Shown: positions 25,060 to 39,000 of the stretch, one piece after another
How positions within the stretch are numbered: the first letter of the stretch is position 1
Layout: each line of letters begins with the position of its first letter
DNA from: Obrimoposthia wandeli
Taxonomy: Eukaryota
Length of the DNA stretch: 64,000 nt
Assembly (NCBI GenBank): GCA_977020255.1
Contig: CDROCS010000177.1
Span: 62,001-126,000 of the forward strand
Direction of reading: 5' to 3'
Made by a program: the position numbers and the translations under genes
The notes under the pieces: generated by a model
Database searches by the model: none
The model's input: the letters and a program-made list of their open reading frames with translations, nothing else
Told to the model about the DNA's origin: nothing

Positions 25060-26500
25060 AAACTGTGTACAATCTTTTTTTAATTTATTTATTGTGTTTT
25101 AAGAATAAGAATAATTTTCTAATAGCATCTCTCATCATTCTGGTTCGTAGTTTCGAAATGAATTGGATGAATCTGAAAACTGCTTATTTCGTTTTACACA
25201 TTTTGAATTGTGGAGTAAGTTTAAAAGTGAAATTATTGTTTTATCTATTCGGTTGTTTAAACGTTTAAGTAAAATTGCGTAATATTTTACACTAAGTTCA
25301 GAATTCACTTCGGCTATCTTTTTTAACTTAGACGTTAATTTAGTTTCGCAAGGGAAAATAGTGACATATCTTCGGCTTAATGCTTCAACAATAACTTTCT
25401 GTGGAGAAAGAACCACTAAAATATCTTCAAGCATCGTAATATGGTCTATTTATCGTATCCATTTAGTTCAATAAAACTCCTTTTTTGAAACAACTTTAGA
25501 CCATGATGAATCGTTCAATCATATCAACTGGAGAATTACATATTCTTTTCATATCTCTTATTAAATTATTTTTCTGTTAAATTCCTGATTCACATATGTT
25601 TGTAAAAGTGTTTTTTTCTGAATAAATAAACTATATGCTGGAATTCTGTTTTCACTTTCGATATTCAGTTAGAGGAATTTGGTAATTTTATTTATCATTT
25701 TTTAAATAAATCTTTAAAGTCTGATTCATCCGAATCAAAATTATTTTGTATGAATCAGAAGTATATAAATCATGTTGATCATATATTTTGTCAGAAAGGA
25801 ATACATCGTTATGTTGTATAAAATTTCCAGTACTGCTAAATTAATTGCATGGTTCATAAATAGAAGATTGTTAGCTGGATTTTCTTACCCGAATTTAGAC
25901 ACAATACTTGTTCCATCAGTTGACATTGCAACAATATCTTGGTCAAATGTAATTCCATGTTCTTTTAAATTTTGTTCAAATATTGTCTGGGTATCAACGG
26001 CATTGCTAAATATTTGCAAAGGTCCTAGATAGAAAAATACTGATTCGTTGTAATGAATATTTATGTTGAAATATTGCTTGTTTTCCATACCTGCTCACTC
26101 ATCTAAAGTAATATAGATCTTTCATCGCTTTCTCCTTTCTTATTTAATAAGTTAGTTGTTTCCTCTCTCCATTTCTTAAAATAATAAATTCCAAATGTCA
26201 CTAGTCTATTCGTTTTTTGATGGGAATTAAATCGTTTATTAGCAATAAATCCTCTATTGAAAGAGCTTTTAGTTATTGATCGTAAAACAATTTTCAAATA
26301 AAATAATCCTGCAACAATTTCATTCAGCTGCGGTCTTTTACAAAATTTTAAATATTTATGTAAGTATTAGAATTTTTTTGAATTGGCTGTTTGTTTGGCA
26401 TATTTATCATTTGAGCTCTTTCACGAAGAGTAAGCAAATGTTTTACTTTCAAATGGTGTTGTCAATCCCTTAGTCCGATATTATATGTGGGTACCTTTTG
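25060..26500 (-). mobile_element. hAT-superfamily transposase pseudogene
   Basis: IVAMSTDGTSIV..HAINLAV (TDG and CxxH-like motifs), DMIERF and LEDILVVLSP.K.IVEALS segments, with stops and frameshifts. Confidence 0.6.
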
Positions 26501-29500
26501 AATATACCTTCATCTTTATTTTTTTGAAATGATTCCAAAAATTGGCTGTCTTTCGATTAAACATTATTAATAAGGAAAAAAAAGGTATTTGAATGTTGAA
26601 ATAATCTTATTGTTTTCAATAAGAAAAAAACGGATTTTTTGTTGTTGTATTTTCCTGAATATATGGCACGCCTTTATAGCTTCTATAATGCTACTGAAAG
26701 ATGATTTTGCTTATTCCAAAAGCGTTTCTAATATTTTAATCAGATATAGTGATTGTTTTGGTATCTGATTAAAATATGATGTGTACTTTTGTAATACGCA
26801 AACATATGTTTTATTGTCATTTTAAAAGTGAAAAAGACACACTTTATAGTCCATAAAATACGGTACATACTTTTAACACAAGATTTATGTTTTCATGAAT
26901 TTGTAATATCTTATAGCTTACTTAGATAATATCTAATTAACTTTTAATACACACTTTAAAACAGACAATTATAATCAACATATATTTTAGAGCTCTAATT
27001 TAATTGTAAATATTTATAATGTTTTCAGATTTGAAAAAATCCTTTATCTACTGTGTTAAAAATTAAAGAAGTGCTGGTTTTCATGAAATGAAATAAAATC
27101 TAAATTCGTTATATTTAAAATTGTGAATATTCATCTGTTTTTTTGAACGACATTTTGAAATTGAATATAAATTATATTCAGTATTTTTTCGTAGACACCT
27201 TAGGTTGTAAAATTTATCCACGTCATTCGAATAATCAGAAAAATATTCGAGGAACAAATAGTAAATTTTGTTCAATGTTTTCGAATAATATTTGACGAAC
27301 ATATTTGAGTACTAAACGCAAATTAACGATGTTTAATACCGTAATGCGAAGCTACGATTAACTGATGCAATAAACAGAATCCGTCATACTTATTTCAACA
27401 TTATCTTCAGTTTCATTTCCGCACTTATCATAATATCCTTGATATTAATTAATATTTAGACTTTTAGAGAGTTTAATTAAATTTTGTTTTTTCTTTTATT
27501 TTAACGCATTGGAGACAAATCAGTCTGTAAGTCAACTAATCTAGAGTGATCAAAGAAATTTGTTCAAATTGCAGATATGAATTAATTACATAAAAACAAA
27601 GTTAAAACGTTCATAAAAATCTTAAATTGAACAAAAACATTTATTCAAACATCAAAGTTCACTCACATTGCTAATGATGATTTCATGATATCTACATTTG
27701 CCTACTATACTCTTACTCAGAAACATATAAACCATTGTATATTATGATATTTTTGAATTTTTAGGATATTTACATCGTCAAAAGCTACAAAATATTAATT
27801 TATAATAATACATTTAAAACATTTAAAACATTCATGCTATTTGAGAGACGACTAGTTTATTGCTTTTAAATACATGTCAAGAATAAAGCAATACTAAAAA
27901 AAAACATATTAAAACTACAAAATTTATATAATTAAACGTTAAATTTTACTCAACACAATTTAAAAAAAAATTTTTGATTGTAATTTTACTATTTCATTTA
28001 TAAACTTACAGTAAAATATTTTTAATCTTACGACAATTTCTGTATAGTTTTATCAGCTTCTCTGTAAAAAGTTAAAGAAATTTAGTTACAATTTTTAAAA
28101 ACTTTCATAAATTTGTTTGAACATTTTAAAATTACAAATATATGTTAATAAAAATTCAAATAAAAGGAATTATAGTAAATATCATTTTTTAAATTGACTA
28201 TATTTATACATGCACACATGATACATTTTAACTTATATATTTAATATTATTATAAGTATTATACAGAAAATCTTTGAATGATACGTTTTATCCGTTCTAT
28301 CAATTTACAGTATGCAACGCGGTACTTAATTAAACCTATTTTATAAACTAAATCAATGTAAAAACAATTAATTGTTTTTAAAAAACTTTAAAACGGGAAG
28401 TCTATTTTTAAAAAATAATAATTAAAATTAATAAATAGTATATATTTGAGAAATTCCGCCACAAAGTTGTTTGCAATGTTTTCTTCTTATTATCAGCATA
28501 CATATCTTTAAAGAAACAATTGAAATTCTGTAACTTTCATACCTCGTTCAATGTTTGGATTCGCAGTGATTATTAATTCACAAACATCTGTACTTTGTTA
28601 ATTAATATTGATAATTCATCTGAAGTGAACTTTTGATGGAAACAGCATTTTTGTTTTCTTAATTGTTTTCTGAGTTTTTATATATACGTTGCTAATCGAT
28701 CACAGGAAATGTATCATCATCGACGACATCAGAATGCAAAGCTTTGCATTGAAGCACATTCTCACAATAAACAAATATATATATATACAAAATTTCGAAC
28801 TTATAAACTGTTTTATAGCGAAACCGTATTATACAAGAATTACTCTAATTTTATAAAAATATGTATTACCAATTTCATTAAAATTATTCAAAACAATGAC
28901 AAAATTACTAAGCAAAAACTGCATTAATCAAAATCTTACTATTCAAATAAATGCATTATATTTAATTAAAGAATGTTATCAAAATAGTAATTATTATAAA
29001 TATTTTAGTAATTATTTCTATTTATAATGAAAATAATAATAATCTAAATAATTAAATTTCCTACATTTATATTTTTGAACAACCAAAATCATGAAAATTA
29101 TGAAAATTTAAGATTTAATAAATTCATAAAAGTAACTATATGAACAACATAAATTATAACATTAACTAAAAACCAATAGATATATTGTCTTATTCTAAAG
29201 AAACACATCTTTAGGGTTCCTATATTTAATCATTATTTATTTATTGTTCAAAATTAGTCAAAAATAAAATATGCAAAAATTTAATAATTAATAATATTAA
29301 AAATATAATAAGGTGTCTAATATTTTTTTCGTGAAATGTTACTTCATCGGTTTGTATTTATACTAAACCGAAATAGATTGAATGATTCAATTAAAAGTCA
29401 AAATCAAATTAAAATTGATTATTACTTTTAATTCGGATGTGATATTGCAATATAATCTAAATAATGAAGTCGATTATTTCAAAATTAATTGTTAATAAAA

Positions 29501-30077
29501 TCACAGGGATAAAAATAAAATTTCTAATGAATTTGAAGCAATAAAATACTAAATCAACAATTTCTAGCGTTCATAATAAAGACATGTTTCTTACGATAAT
29601 GACAGTGATGACTTTACTATTATAATATTTTATTAATTCCTGTAATAAAAGTAATTTAAATTAAATAAGGTGAATAATTTATTCGTACACATAAGTTATT
29701 TAAATCAAACGTTCAAATTTTTAATTTTTAATAAGCTTTGTACACCATTAGTTTAAATGAAAAAGGAAAATGGATGGAATTTTCTTTTGTACTTTTCTTT
29801 TAACATATCATTAATTTTTCTCAAAATTCGATATTATTGTATTTCATTTTTTATAATAGAATATTAAAATAAAATTTAAAACCTAAATAAAAAATAATGT
29901 GATTTTATATTTTAATTAAATTGCCAAATAAAATCATTTCGCCATATTTCATAATCCTTAGCACATGATTATAAAATAACTTTTAATTATTTAGACTGTA
30001 ACTAAAGGTGATAATATAATATTTACTGTATAAAATGAAGCGATAACATAAATTAAAAATATGAAATAAAGGATTTA

Positions 30078-33000
30078 ATGACAGAAATTACAATTGAGCA
30101 GTTTGAACAGTCAATTGCAAGTGGAAAGAAATGGATTATTGTAAAAAATGATATATTTAATATAGACGAATTTAGTAAAATCCACCCTGGGGGTACAAAG
30201 ATAATATCCGCTTTCATTGGTAAAGATGCAACAGTTTAGTTTTTTATCTATCTACACTTGGTTTTAAAATGCTTTTCTAGGACGCTTGGGAAGCTATGCA
30301 TCCAGACAAAAATATGGTGGAAAAGTTCATGACCGGCATTAAAGTTGGAATATTATCAAAAGATGTGAGTCATCATTATTCAATGAAAATTTTCATTTTA
30401 ATTTATTTCCTTCTTATTAAATTTGATATTTATTTTGCGTTTGTTTCTCCTGATAATACTCATATATGAGTATTTTAAATGTATCGAATTACGCTTTTGA
30501 AAATATGCAAAGTAGACTCATAAATATTTGTAAAAATACAAAATTACTTTAAGTATTGTTATGTAAATTTTATTCAGGATGTGGCTAAAGAAGAACAGTT
30601 GATGGTTGATTTCCGTGAAATGCGAGAGAAGGCATTGCGTGAGAAGCTGTTCGATACAGATTGGCGCTTCTTCTTGCTGACGTTTGCGCAGATCCCTATG
30701 TTTGAGGTGCTGGCATGGTTGACATTATACTATTGGGGCGTGAATGTGGCCTCTTTTGTGGTGGCGGCGCTGCTTATAGCAACTTCGCAGGTAAGATGTA
30801 CTCTCATCCAGATTGTTTAAGTGTACAAGAGTAATAAATCAAAATTAACCTGAATTAAAATGACTGTTAATTTGTGTGTAAAGAATTACCAAATACCCAG
30901 TTAAACTTTACCTAAATTGAAGGCAGCAACTATAGGAAAAGCGAACGTTTTACGTATAAACTCAAATATGTGGCACAAAAAGACACATGTTGTGATATCA
31001 AGTATACCATAGACTAGTCTGATTTGATTTGGAAAACCCTAAATATGCCGAAAGAGCATCAAATTTTGTAGACCAGAACTTTAGAAGAATTAAACCAAAA
31101 TTTAGACTTATTTGTCTGAGTTGGCGCAATTGATAGGAGGTTATGGCTTCATTTTGGCTAAATTCTAGCCAAATTGAGTCAAAGGTTACAATTATTTTTA
31201 TGTTTTCAGGACCACTAATATGAAACATATTTAGATTAATTTCTCTTCTACCTCAGTATTTCTAAATTAAAAATCTTTATCAAAAACCCATCAGTTCATA
31301 AAAAAATAATATTGGATTAAAATAATATTTAGAAAATAAATAAGAATTTATGGAATTTTAGGGGCCAGTTTGAAATGATTTGAAAGCTATTTAATATTCA
31401 GACCAATAGTTACAATTGATGGTGAGTTTTCCATGTAAATATGGAGTACCACAGAGCAATTTTCTAGTTCCAATTTGCTTATATATGCTAGTTCAATTAA
31501 GAATGTATTCAATAAATTTTGAATCCAGTCTTGTTTCTTTGCTGAGGACATATGACTATGTGTTGCATGTAAATCAAGCTCATATTAGTAATTTCATTAT
31601 TAATAATGTCATCAGTGCAGAAAATAAAAATATGCCAAAAGACGTTCGTAAAATATATGTTCATTTTTGATCCAAATATTGTTTTTACGAGAGGCATATA
31701 TATATATTTTAGTGTATAGAATAAGAAAGGTTATTTAAATGTAAAAAAACTTAAATCCTTCAAAATAGTCCTTGATTTTAAGTCATATTTCTGCTATAAG
31801 TTGTGTATCATTGGTACACTGCTTCGGCTATAGTATGTTTGGAGGGTTTTCAATTAAATCCGTTCACTTTTCATGATTTAAAATAGTAAATTTAATTTTT
31901 GGTCTATATTATGGTTTCCATGTCTGATAGGCTTCTTTAAAACCGGTATTTCGGTACTGACATCAATACCCAAACTGGTAACATCGGTATTTAGAGTATT
32001 CAAATAAATATTGTATATAACCATTTGTAAGACGATATTATAATGCTTTTTTTCTTATAATAAGTAGAGTATTATAATTTTTTCTTATTTTTATTTTTTA
32101 AAAAGATATTATAATCACAGATTTGCTAATCAACAACTATGGATAAGACAACCCCCTACTTTCAACTTTACAAAAATGCGTTTTCTATCATCTTATACAT
32201 GGTATATACGAGAGGCAAAGACGACACATTTTTTAAATGTTGTTTTAAAAATCAATCAAACTTGTTCATTTGAAAGTTAATGGTTGGATATGCGCTTTCA
32301 AAGTCAAGTGGTTTTTCACAAAAAAATATCAATATTTTAATGAAGTGGATGTAGAAAATTATTTTTAAAAATATGAGTATTGATTTTTTCCCCTTTAATA
32401 CCGCGATCTCGGATTTAATAAAGCCGGTATTGTAAACCCTAGTCCCTATCACTTATAATATAAAATATTTTGAATGTAAATTCCTGTTTTTAAAATTTTG
32501 TACAAAAATGCTTATTACATAATTAGGTGTGATGCAAGAACTTCTTTGAAAAATATGAAATTAAAATGGGAATTACAAACATGGACAATTTGACATTCAA
32601 ATGTATACATCACTTTAATTCATAAAAATCTGGTTAAAATGAATGTACTACTAATAATTATTAGTAATTCAAATACTAAAATAATATTTCATTATTTTTC
32701 TTAGGCTCAGGCCGGCTGGAGTCAACACGACTACGGGCATATCAGCGTCTTCAACACCAATAGACTCAACAAAATCACCCATCAGATCATCATTGGACAC
32801 TTCAAGGTCGGTTCTCCACAGTCTTAATGACACAGGCCATCAAATCAAGTTCTGTCCTGTTTTCTGTAGGTTATATAATATAAATCCTGTGGTGATGTTG
32901 ATGATAGCATAGCAGTTGATAAAAACGAATCCCAGAAGAATAATCTCCCACAGACTGAATCAATTTGTCAATTGAAAAAGTTGAGCTTCTGTCTGTGTAC

Positions 33001-36000
33001 ATTGTTTTTAATAGTCTACAAGAAAATTCTTACTTTATATTATCTGAAAGTTTCGTTATTAACTCGTTTGGACAACCGAAATTAATGGATAAGTTTTATC
33101 TCTAAAATAACAAACTACAATTTGGTGTAACCTGGTTCAATTTAAAATTTTCCCTTCTGATCAATCTGTAAGCTTTTCGATATTTCTATTTTCTCTTATT
33201 ATCTGTTATCAACCCTCTTTATTATGATATATTTTATTGACTGTCAGTGGTTATTTGGTTTCGTAAATTTAATTAGATCAAAATGTTAATTAAATTTATT
33301 AATTCCTTTAACAGACAATGTTTACATAAAATCATTTATTTTCTATTAGTTGATTATCGTCAACAGGCTTGTCAGATATCATCTTATTACATAATAACCT
33401 TTCTGCTGTTGACACTTCAAACAAGAGAGGTTTATTATATGTGTTCAATAAGTAGTTTTACAACTTTGAATTGTAATGAATTTACGTTGGCTTATCTACA
33501 ATCCATCATTAGAAATATGGGTTATTTGGATAAGAATATAAACAATGGTATAACACTTAGCGATTCTAAGCATAAATATCCGTTTTTCACTTTTGTTTTG
33601 GCCTCTGATTTCGATGTACATCAACAACAATTGCGTAGAATGGGCAAATTAAAATGCAACATAAAATTTAAAGTCGGTTTACTACAAGCTGCAAACATTA
33701 TATTTTACGGAATATTTGATACTGAACTTCAAATAACTAAAGGACGTCGCATCGTCAAATATCAATGAAGTAAGTTTTATTGAATATCATTAGTACAAAA
33801 ATCTGAACTGAAGAAAATTTGAAAATGGGTATTTGCCCTCGATAAACATCCTATTTATTAGAGGATATGTCGTAAATACTCATTAATCAAATCTACCCGG
33901 AGAACATTGAATTGTGCTATTCGTGAGAAGGTATCGAATTTACGCATTCATTTTATACTATCCTCTAAAATTGGTTAAACATGTTGAGAACCATAGTGGA
34001 TAAACGACTTTATACAACAAGTTTCGCGCTCAACATCCAGTAACTAATAATGGTGAACCTTTGTGTGTTTTATGGTTAAATTTACATGTGTACATGTTTA
34101 CATGGTTAGAAATAAAAAACTATTATTTTCATCATAAAGTAAGTTGTATTGTTTTATTTCAAAATTTAATATTGTGCTTATAAATACATATTTTCAAATG
34201 AAATTTCTTACGTACTTTTCATACAATCAGCTGTTTATAAATAAGTCAAAACCATGTATTTGTTTGAATTATTAAGACGTTATTGGAAATTGGAAATAAC
34301 TGTTGAAATTACTTACATTTAAAAAATTATTCTGGATGTTCTTTTGTATTTTGTTATTCTTTTTGAACACTTTCAATTCATTTTAGAATAAAGAACAGAA
34401 CTTTTTAAAAACTTTTCTGAGGATTTTTAAATCTGATACAAATTTCAAAACAGTAAACTTAGCAACTCAGCACTATTTCATATCATGTTATATCCATCTC
34501 AAATTTCAAATCACAGTTTCCCATTATAATTTTTTTGGATCGTAACAACGCACTTTCACAAATCCAAAATTTATTAACAATTAAGTATATTTTCTAATAT
34601 TTTTAAAAAATAAAATCATATTTTATGAGTTTTTAGCTATATTTATTAGAGGTCAAATCAATATTTTACAAATAAAAATACAAACTGAAGTCCTGCATGT
34701 GACAAAAGTGAATCCCTGATGATATATTTAATTAATATTCAAACAAAAGTGCATTAAAAATTTATTGAAAAAGTATTGCCGCCTAATTTGACTAATTTTA
34801 GGAAAATTTTTGACCACTTCTCAAAATATAGGGGTCTGGAAGATAGAAAAAATACATAAAAACGCATCTTATTTCAGGGTACTTGAAAAAGTTCCTAATA
34901 TATTGAGATCAGGTTAACAAGTTTTATTGGAAAACTTTGATTACAAGATATCAGATAGTTTTTATAGTTTCTAACTTTTTCCAGAACAATAAAGAAAATA
35001 TTTTTTACTGAATATTTGAAAACAGTCATCGGAAGGATCTTCAGTCAGCTTGATTTTTTATACAGTATAATTAGATTTTTTTATTTTTTGGTAAGATCAA
35101 GTTTTTTGTTTCGACCGAGATTGTAGAGCTACGTAAAATAGCTTTGGTAATTAATGTTGAGAGATTTCGTTGTAAACAGTTAGGAAATCTAAGGAATTTT
35201 CTGTGGATCATTTTAAGCAAATTATGCAAATTGCCTGAAGTTTCTAACTCGCAATCGATTCACATATACATACTTCTTTGACAGGGTGCCTGCTCTTCGT
35301 GGTGGAACTTCCGACACAATCTGCATCATTCCAAGCCGAACACGCTGCACTATGACCCGGATATCGGCTTCCCGGACCTGTTCTTGATTGGGAAGAAGTT
35401 TCCGGTGTTGTGGGCCGCGGCCAAACGCGGAGTCATGCCGTACAACAAGCAGCACAAGTACTTCATGCTCAGTGAGTAGACTCAGTAGGTTTCTGGCACA
35501 AGTGTCGCATATACAGAGATCTCTCAGAAGCTAGATATGGGTAACAATCAACTAAACTAATGTACTTTGGACAATAATCCTCTGGACAACAATCATTTAA
35601 ACTAAATTTCTCAGGACAAAATGTCCCTGTGCAATATTCTTTTGGACAATATTTCTCTTGCTAATAAACATCTGGACAAAACCATTCAAAAATAAATTAC
35701 TGGACAATATTTCCATGTACAGTGAGTCTAACCTTCAACCATTATATTCTTATATTATAGCTGTTATAATGAGCCATTCACAGTTTCACTATACTAGGGC
35801 GTGTACTTAGGCATGCATGGCTTAATATTCAAGAAAGGCATATGACAACTGGCATGATCAACCAGACAGAGCTTTTAGAGCTACTTGAAAAATAGCTTTG
35901 GTAATTAATGTTAAGAGATTTCATAGTAAACAGTTAGGAAATCTAAGGATTTTTTCTGTGGATCATTTTAAACAGATTATGCAGATAAACTGAAGTTTCT

Positions 36001-39000
36001 AGTTCGAAATCGATATCCTGGACATTGATCCTTTGGACAACTATTCCACGTACAATAATCTTCAGAACGATAATCGCAAGGACAATAAAACCCTAGATAA
36101 CAATCCTTTGGGCTATAATCTTCTGGACAACAATCCTCTAAACAGTAATACCTTGCACACATTTCTTTTTAAATAACAACAGAACTAGAAAATTCGTTTT
36201 ATACAGCTACCATTTTGACTACTAAATTTGAATATTCACTTCCTCATTAATACCTGGAGAATTCCCTCATTTCTGAAATATACGTATATGAAAGATCTCC
36301 ATATAAACACTTTTACATTAAACGTTTCGTAATTATACTCTAATAGTTTGAAATTTAAATTTATTATATGTTGAAAATATATTTTCTGAAGTTTTATTTA
36401 AGTCTATCACTTATTGAAATTAATATATGTGAGAGTTTAAATTGTCCCAAAATTTGATATTGATATTTGATTATATTATTATAGGTATCATGATTTATTA
36501 ACCTTTATTTAATAATAAACGTTTATAGGAAGAAGCATTTTTAAAAGATAAATATCACAAGCAAGAAGAAATTTTGGAAACTATGAAAATGTATGGCGAA
36601 GAAAAATCTCCAATTTAATATCAAAATTTATTAAGAGCCTTTTTACGGTTAAAACGTTTTTAATACGCCAAACAATTATGGAATATTTCTGAAAAGTAGG
36701 AACGTAAGGAAAAATAAATAAAATTCAAACTTGAATATTCTAAGATAGGGAAAGTTAAATAATATTAGAAAAACATCAAAACTGGATGTTCTAGTTAGCA
36801 AAAGTAATATTTAATGTACATTTTAATATTATGTTATTTTTAAATCTTACAAAATTATGTTTAGCTGAACCTCTATTTCAAAATTGCCTCATTTATATGA
36901 TCAAATAATTGTCCCTTATCAGAATTATTAAAATTTGGTGATATGTCAGTAATTGAATCTAGATAAGATTTATATGCCCACGACCGCGGCATTGTCTCGC
37001 GGCGCTGAATAATCAATATCACTCTAATCGGTGATGTCTCTTTTAATCGATCAATCAAGAGTCCAACAACTGTTTCTGGTTTTAATTTCCAATGTGATTT
37101 TATATTTTTTACCTTTTCTAATCATTTATTAAAAATAACATTTAAGTCTTGATTTTAGATGGTCTTTGTAAAATTGAGTCATTTATTATTGTCAATGAGA
37201 TTATTTTTATAACACGCAGTATATCCTCGAAATACCCCAAATTCGTTATGTTGCTTCAAATTATTGGAACGGCATTTACACTAGCTAATTATTTGAAATA
37301 ATACCAAAAACTCAAATACCGCTATTCGTCAAAATTATAAAATTACCTTTTTTTAACATTTTTATTTCTTCATTTAATTTGTTTAAATATTGATATTTTA
37401 GGAAACCAAAAGGCTTAAAAAGGATAGCAGTATTATGCTGCTGTAATGGTGATAATTATCAATTATAATTAGTCATTTAATATGCTAAAAATCCGAGGTC
37501 ATTTAAACAAATAAATTTTAGTTCCCAAAATGTTGTGACTGGTGTTTCAAATAAAGAGCTTAGATAACTAGTTAAAACGAGTAGCGTTCAAAATTCAATA
37601 TAAATATGATGATTGAAAATAGACATTACAACAGTAGATGAAACTGCATGTCATACAATTTGTTGTGAATAATAGATGGATTTACGGATTCATCGATATT
37701 TGAATTCAGAAATGAAATTTCAATGGTACATAAAGATTTGGAATGTAAGAATATATAAATATATATTTACAATGGTAATTCTTTAGTATTTTAAATATAT
37801 GTAAATTGATTTTAATGTGAAATTTTATGCAATATCTATATTTATTATTTCTGGAAATAACTCCATGAAATACCGCCACAAAATCTCAAGATCATTTTGA
37901 GAGTATATTATATAAGCATGAAATTCTCAACTAATGATCAGGAGGTGGAAATGTCCGATCCTATCCACCCCTTACCCCAAGGGGTACCACTGTCATTTTA
38001 AAACCGTGCATGTGTGTGGAGTGAAATTGTATCTGTCCTTTAAAACATATAATATAGTAGGTGGATGTGAGGGTTCCGGGCCAGTACCCTCCCCCCCGAT
38101 GACTCGCTCATCAAGCAATGTCATATATGTCAATGCCATTGTTAATATATCAATGACATTGACATATATGGCTTTAGTGATGAGCCTACACTATAATCCG
38201 AAGAGCTGCACTTAAATGTGTAGTTATGTAATAGATATATTGATATATATCTGACTGTTTGATGCTAATTTTGAGCACAGTTCTTAATGATCGGTCTAAA
38301 TATCACAAGAGCTTTTCAAAATAATTATTTGATAATAAAGTCTAAATTTGCTTTAAACATTTTTATATTCTTACAATATCTTATATACAAGAGATATATT
38401 TGTCACATAACTTAGTATTGTAAACATCACATATTCTGATTTCACATTCTTAATGTAGAATATTTAGCTTAGATCTGGAATTTTTAGTATTTATTTTAAA
38501 TATGTTTTCTTTTTATATCTAGTAAACGTTATCAGGCCTGTAATGTTAGTGTAAAAAAATTTTTGATTAGATTTGTGATTTTTTTTTCGAATGCTACATT
38601 TATTTTTGTCGCTATTTGCTGATTAATGGATTATTTAATAGCCAATGCATTTTTATAATACATTGTTTTCAAAAACTATAATTGCATTTTTTTAGAATAT
38701 GTTTCAGAGATTATTAAATAAATATATATAAAATTATAATTTTATTATAAATATAATTATTATTAAAATTACTATCTTTAAGTTTTAATTTTACACTTAA
38801 ATACTATATTATATAGACTAAAAGAACTTAACGGTATATGAAGAAAAATACAGGACGAAAAGTGTAGATTATGATCTTTTTAATGATTTGATTTAATATA
38901 TTATGCACATTGACTAGAAATTCAATATATATCAGATCAACTTATTAAATAGTACTTGAAGCTAAATTAATGCATCAAAATTCGATATTCTTCAACGAGT

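Noticed and set aside
27000-30000. Short ORFs in very AT-rich DNA, also in 52200-55600
   Set aside because: Low-complexity I/K/N/F-rich translations of the size expected by chance; treated as intergenic or intronic.
36873-37280. Short minus-strand coding-like stretch ([21 protein letters not shown]...)
   Set aside because: Multiple stops, no recognisable family and no splice structure.
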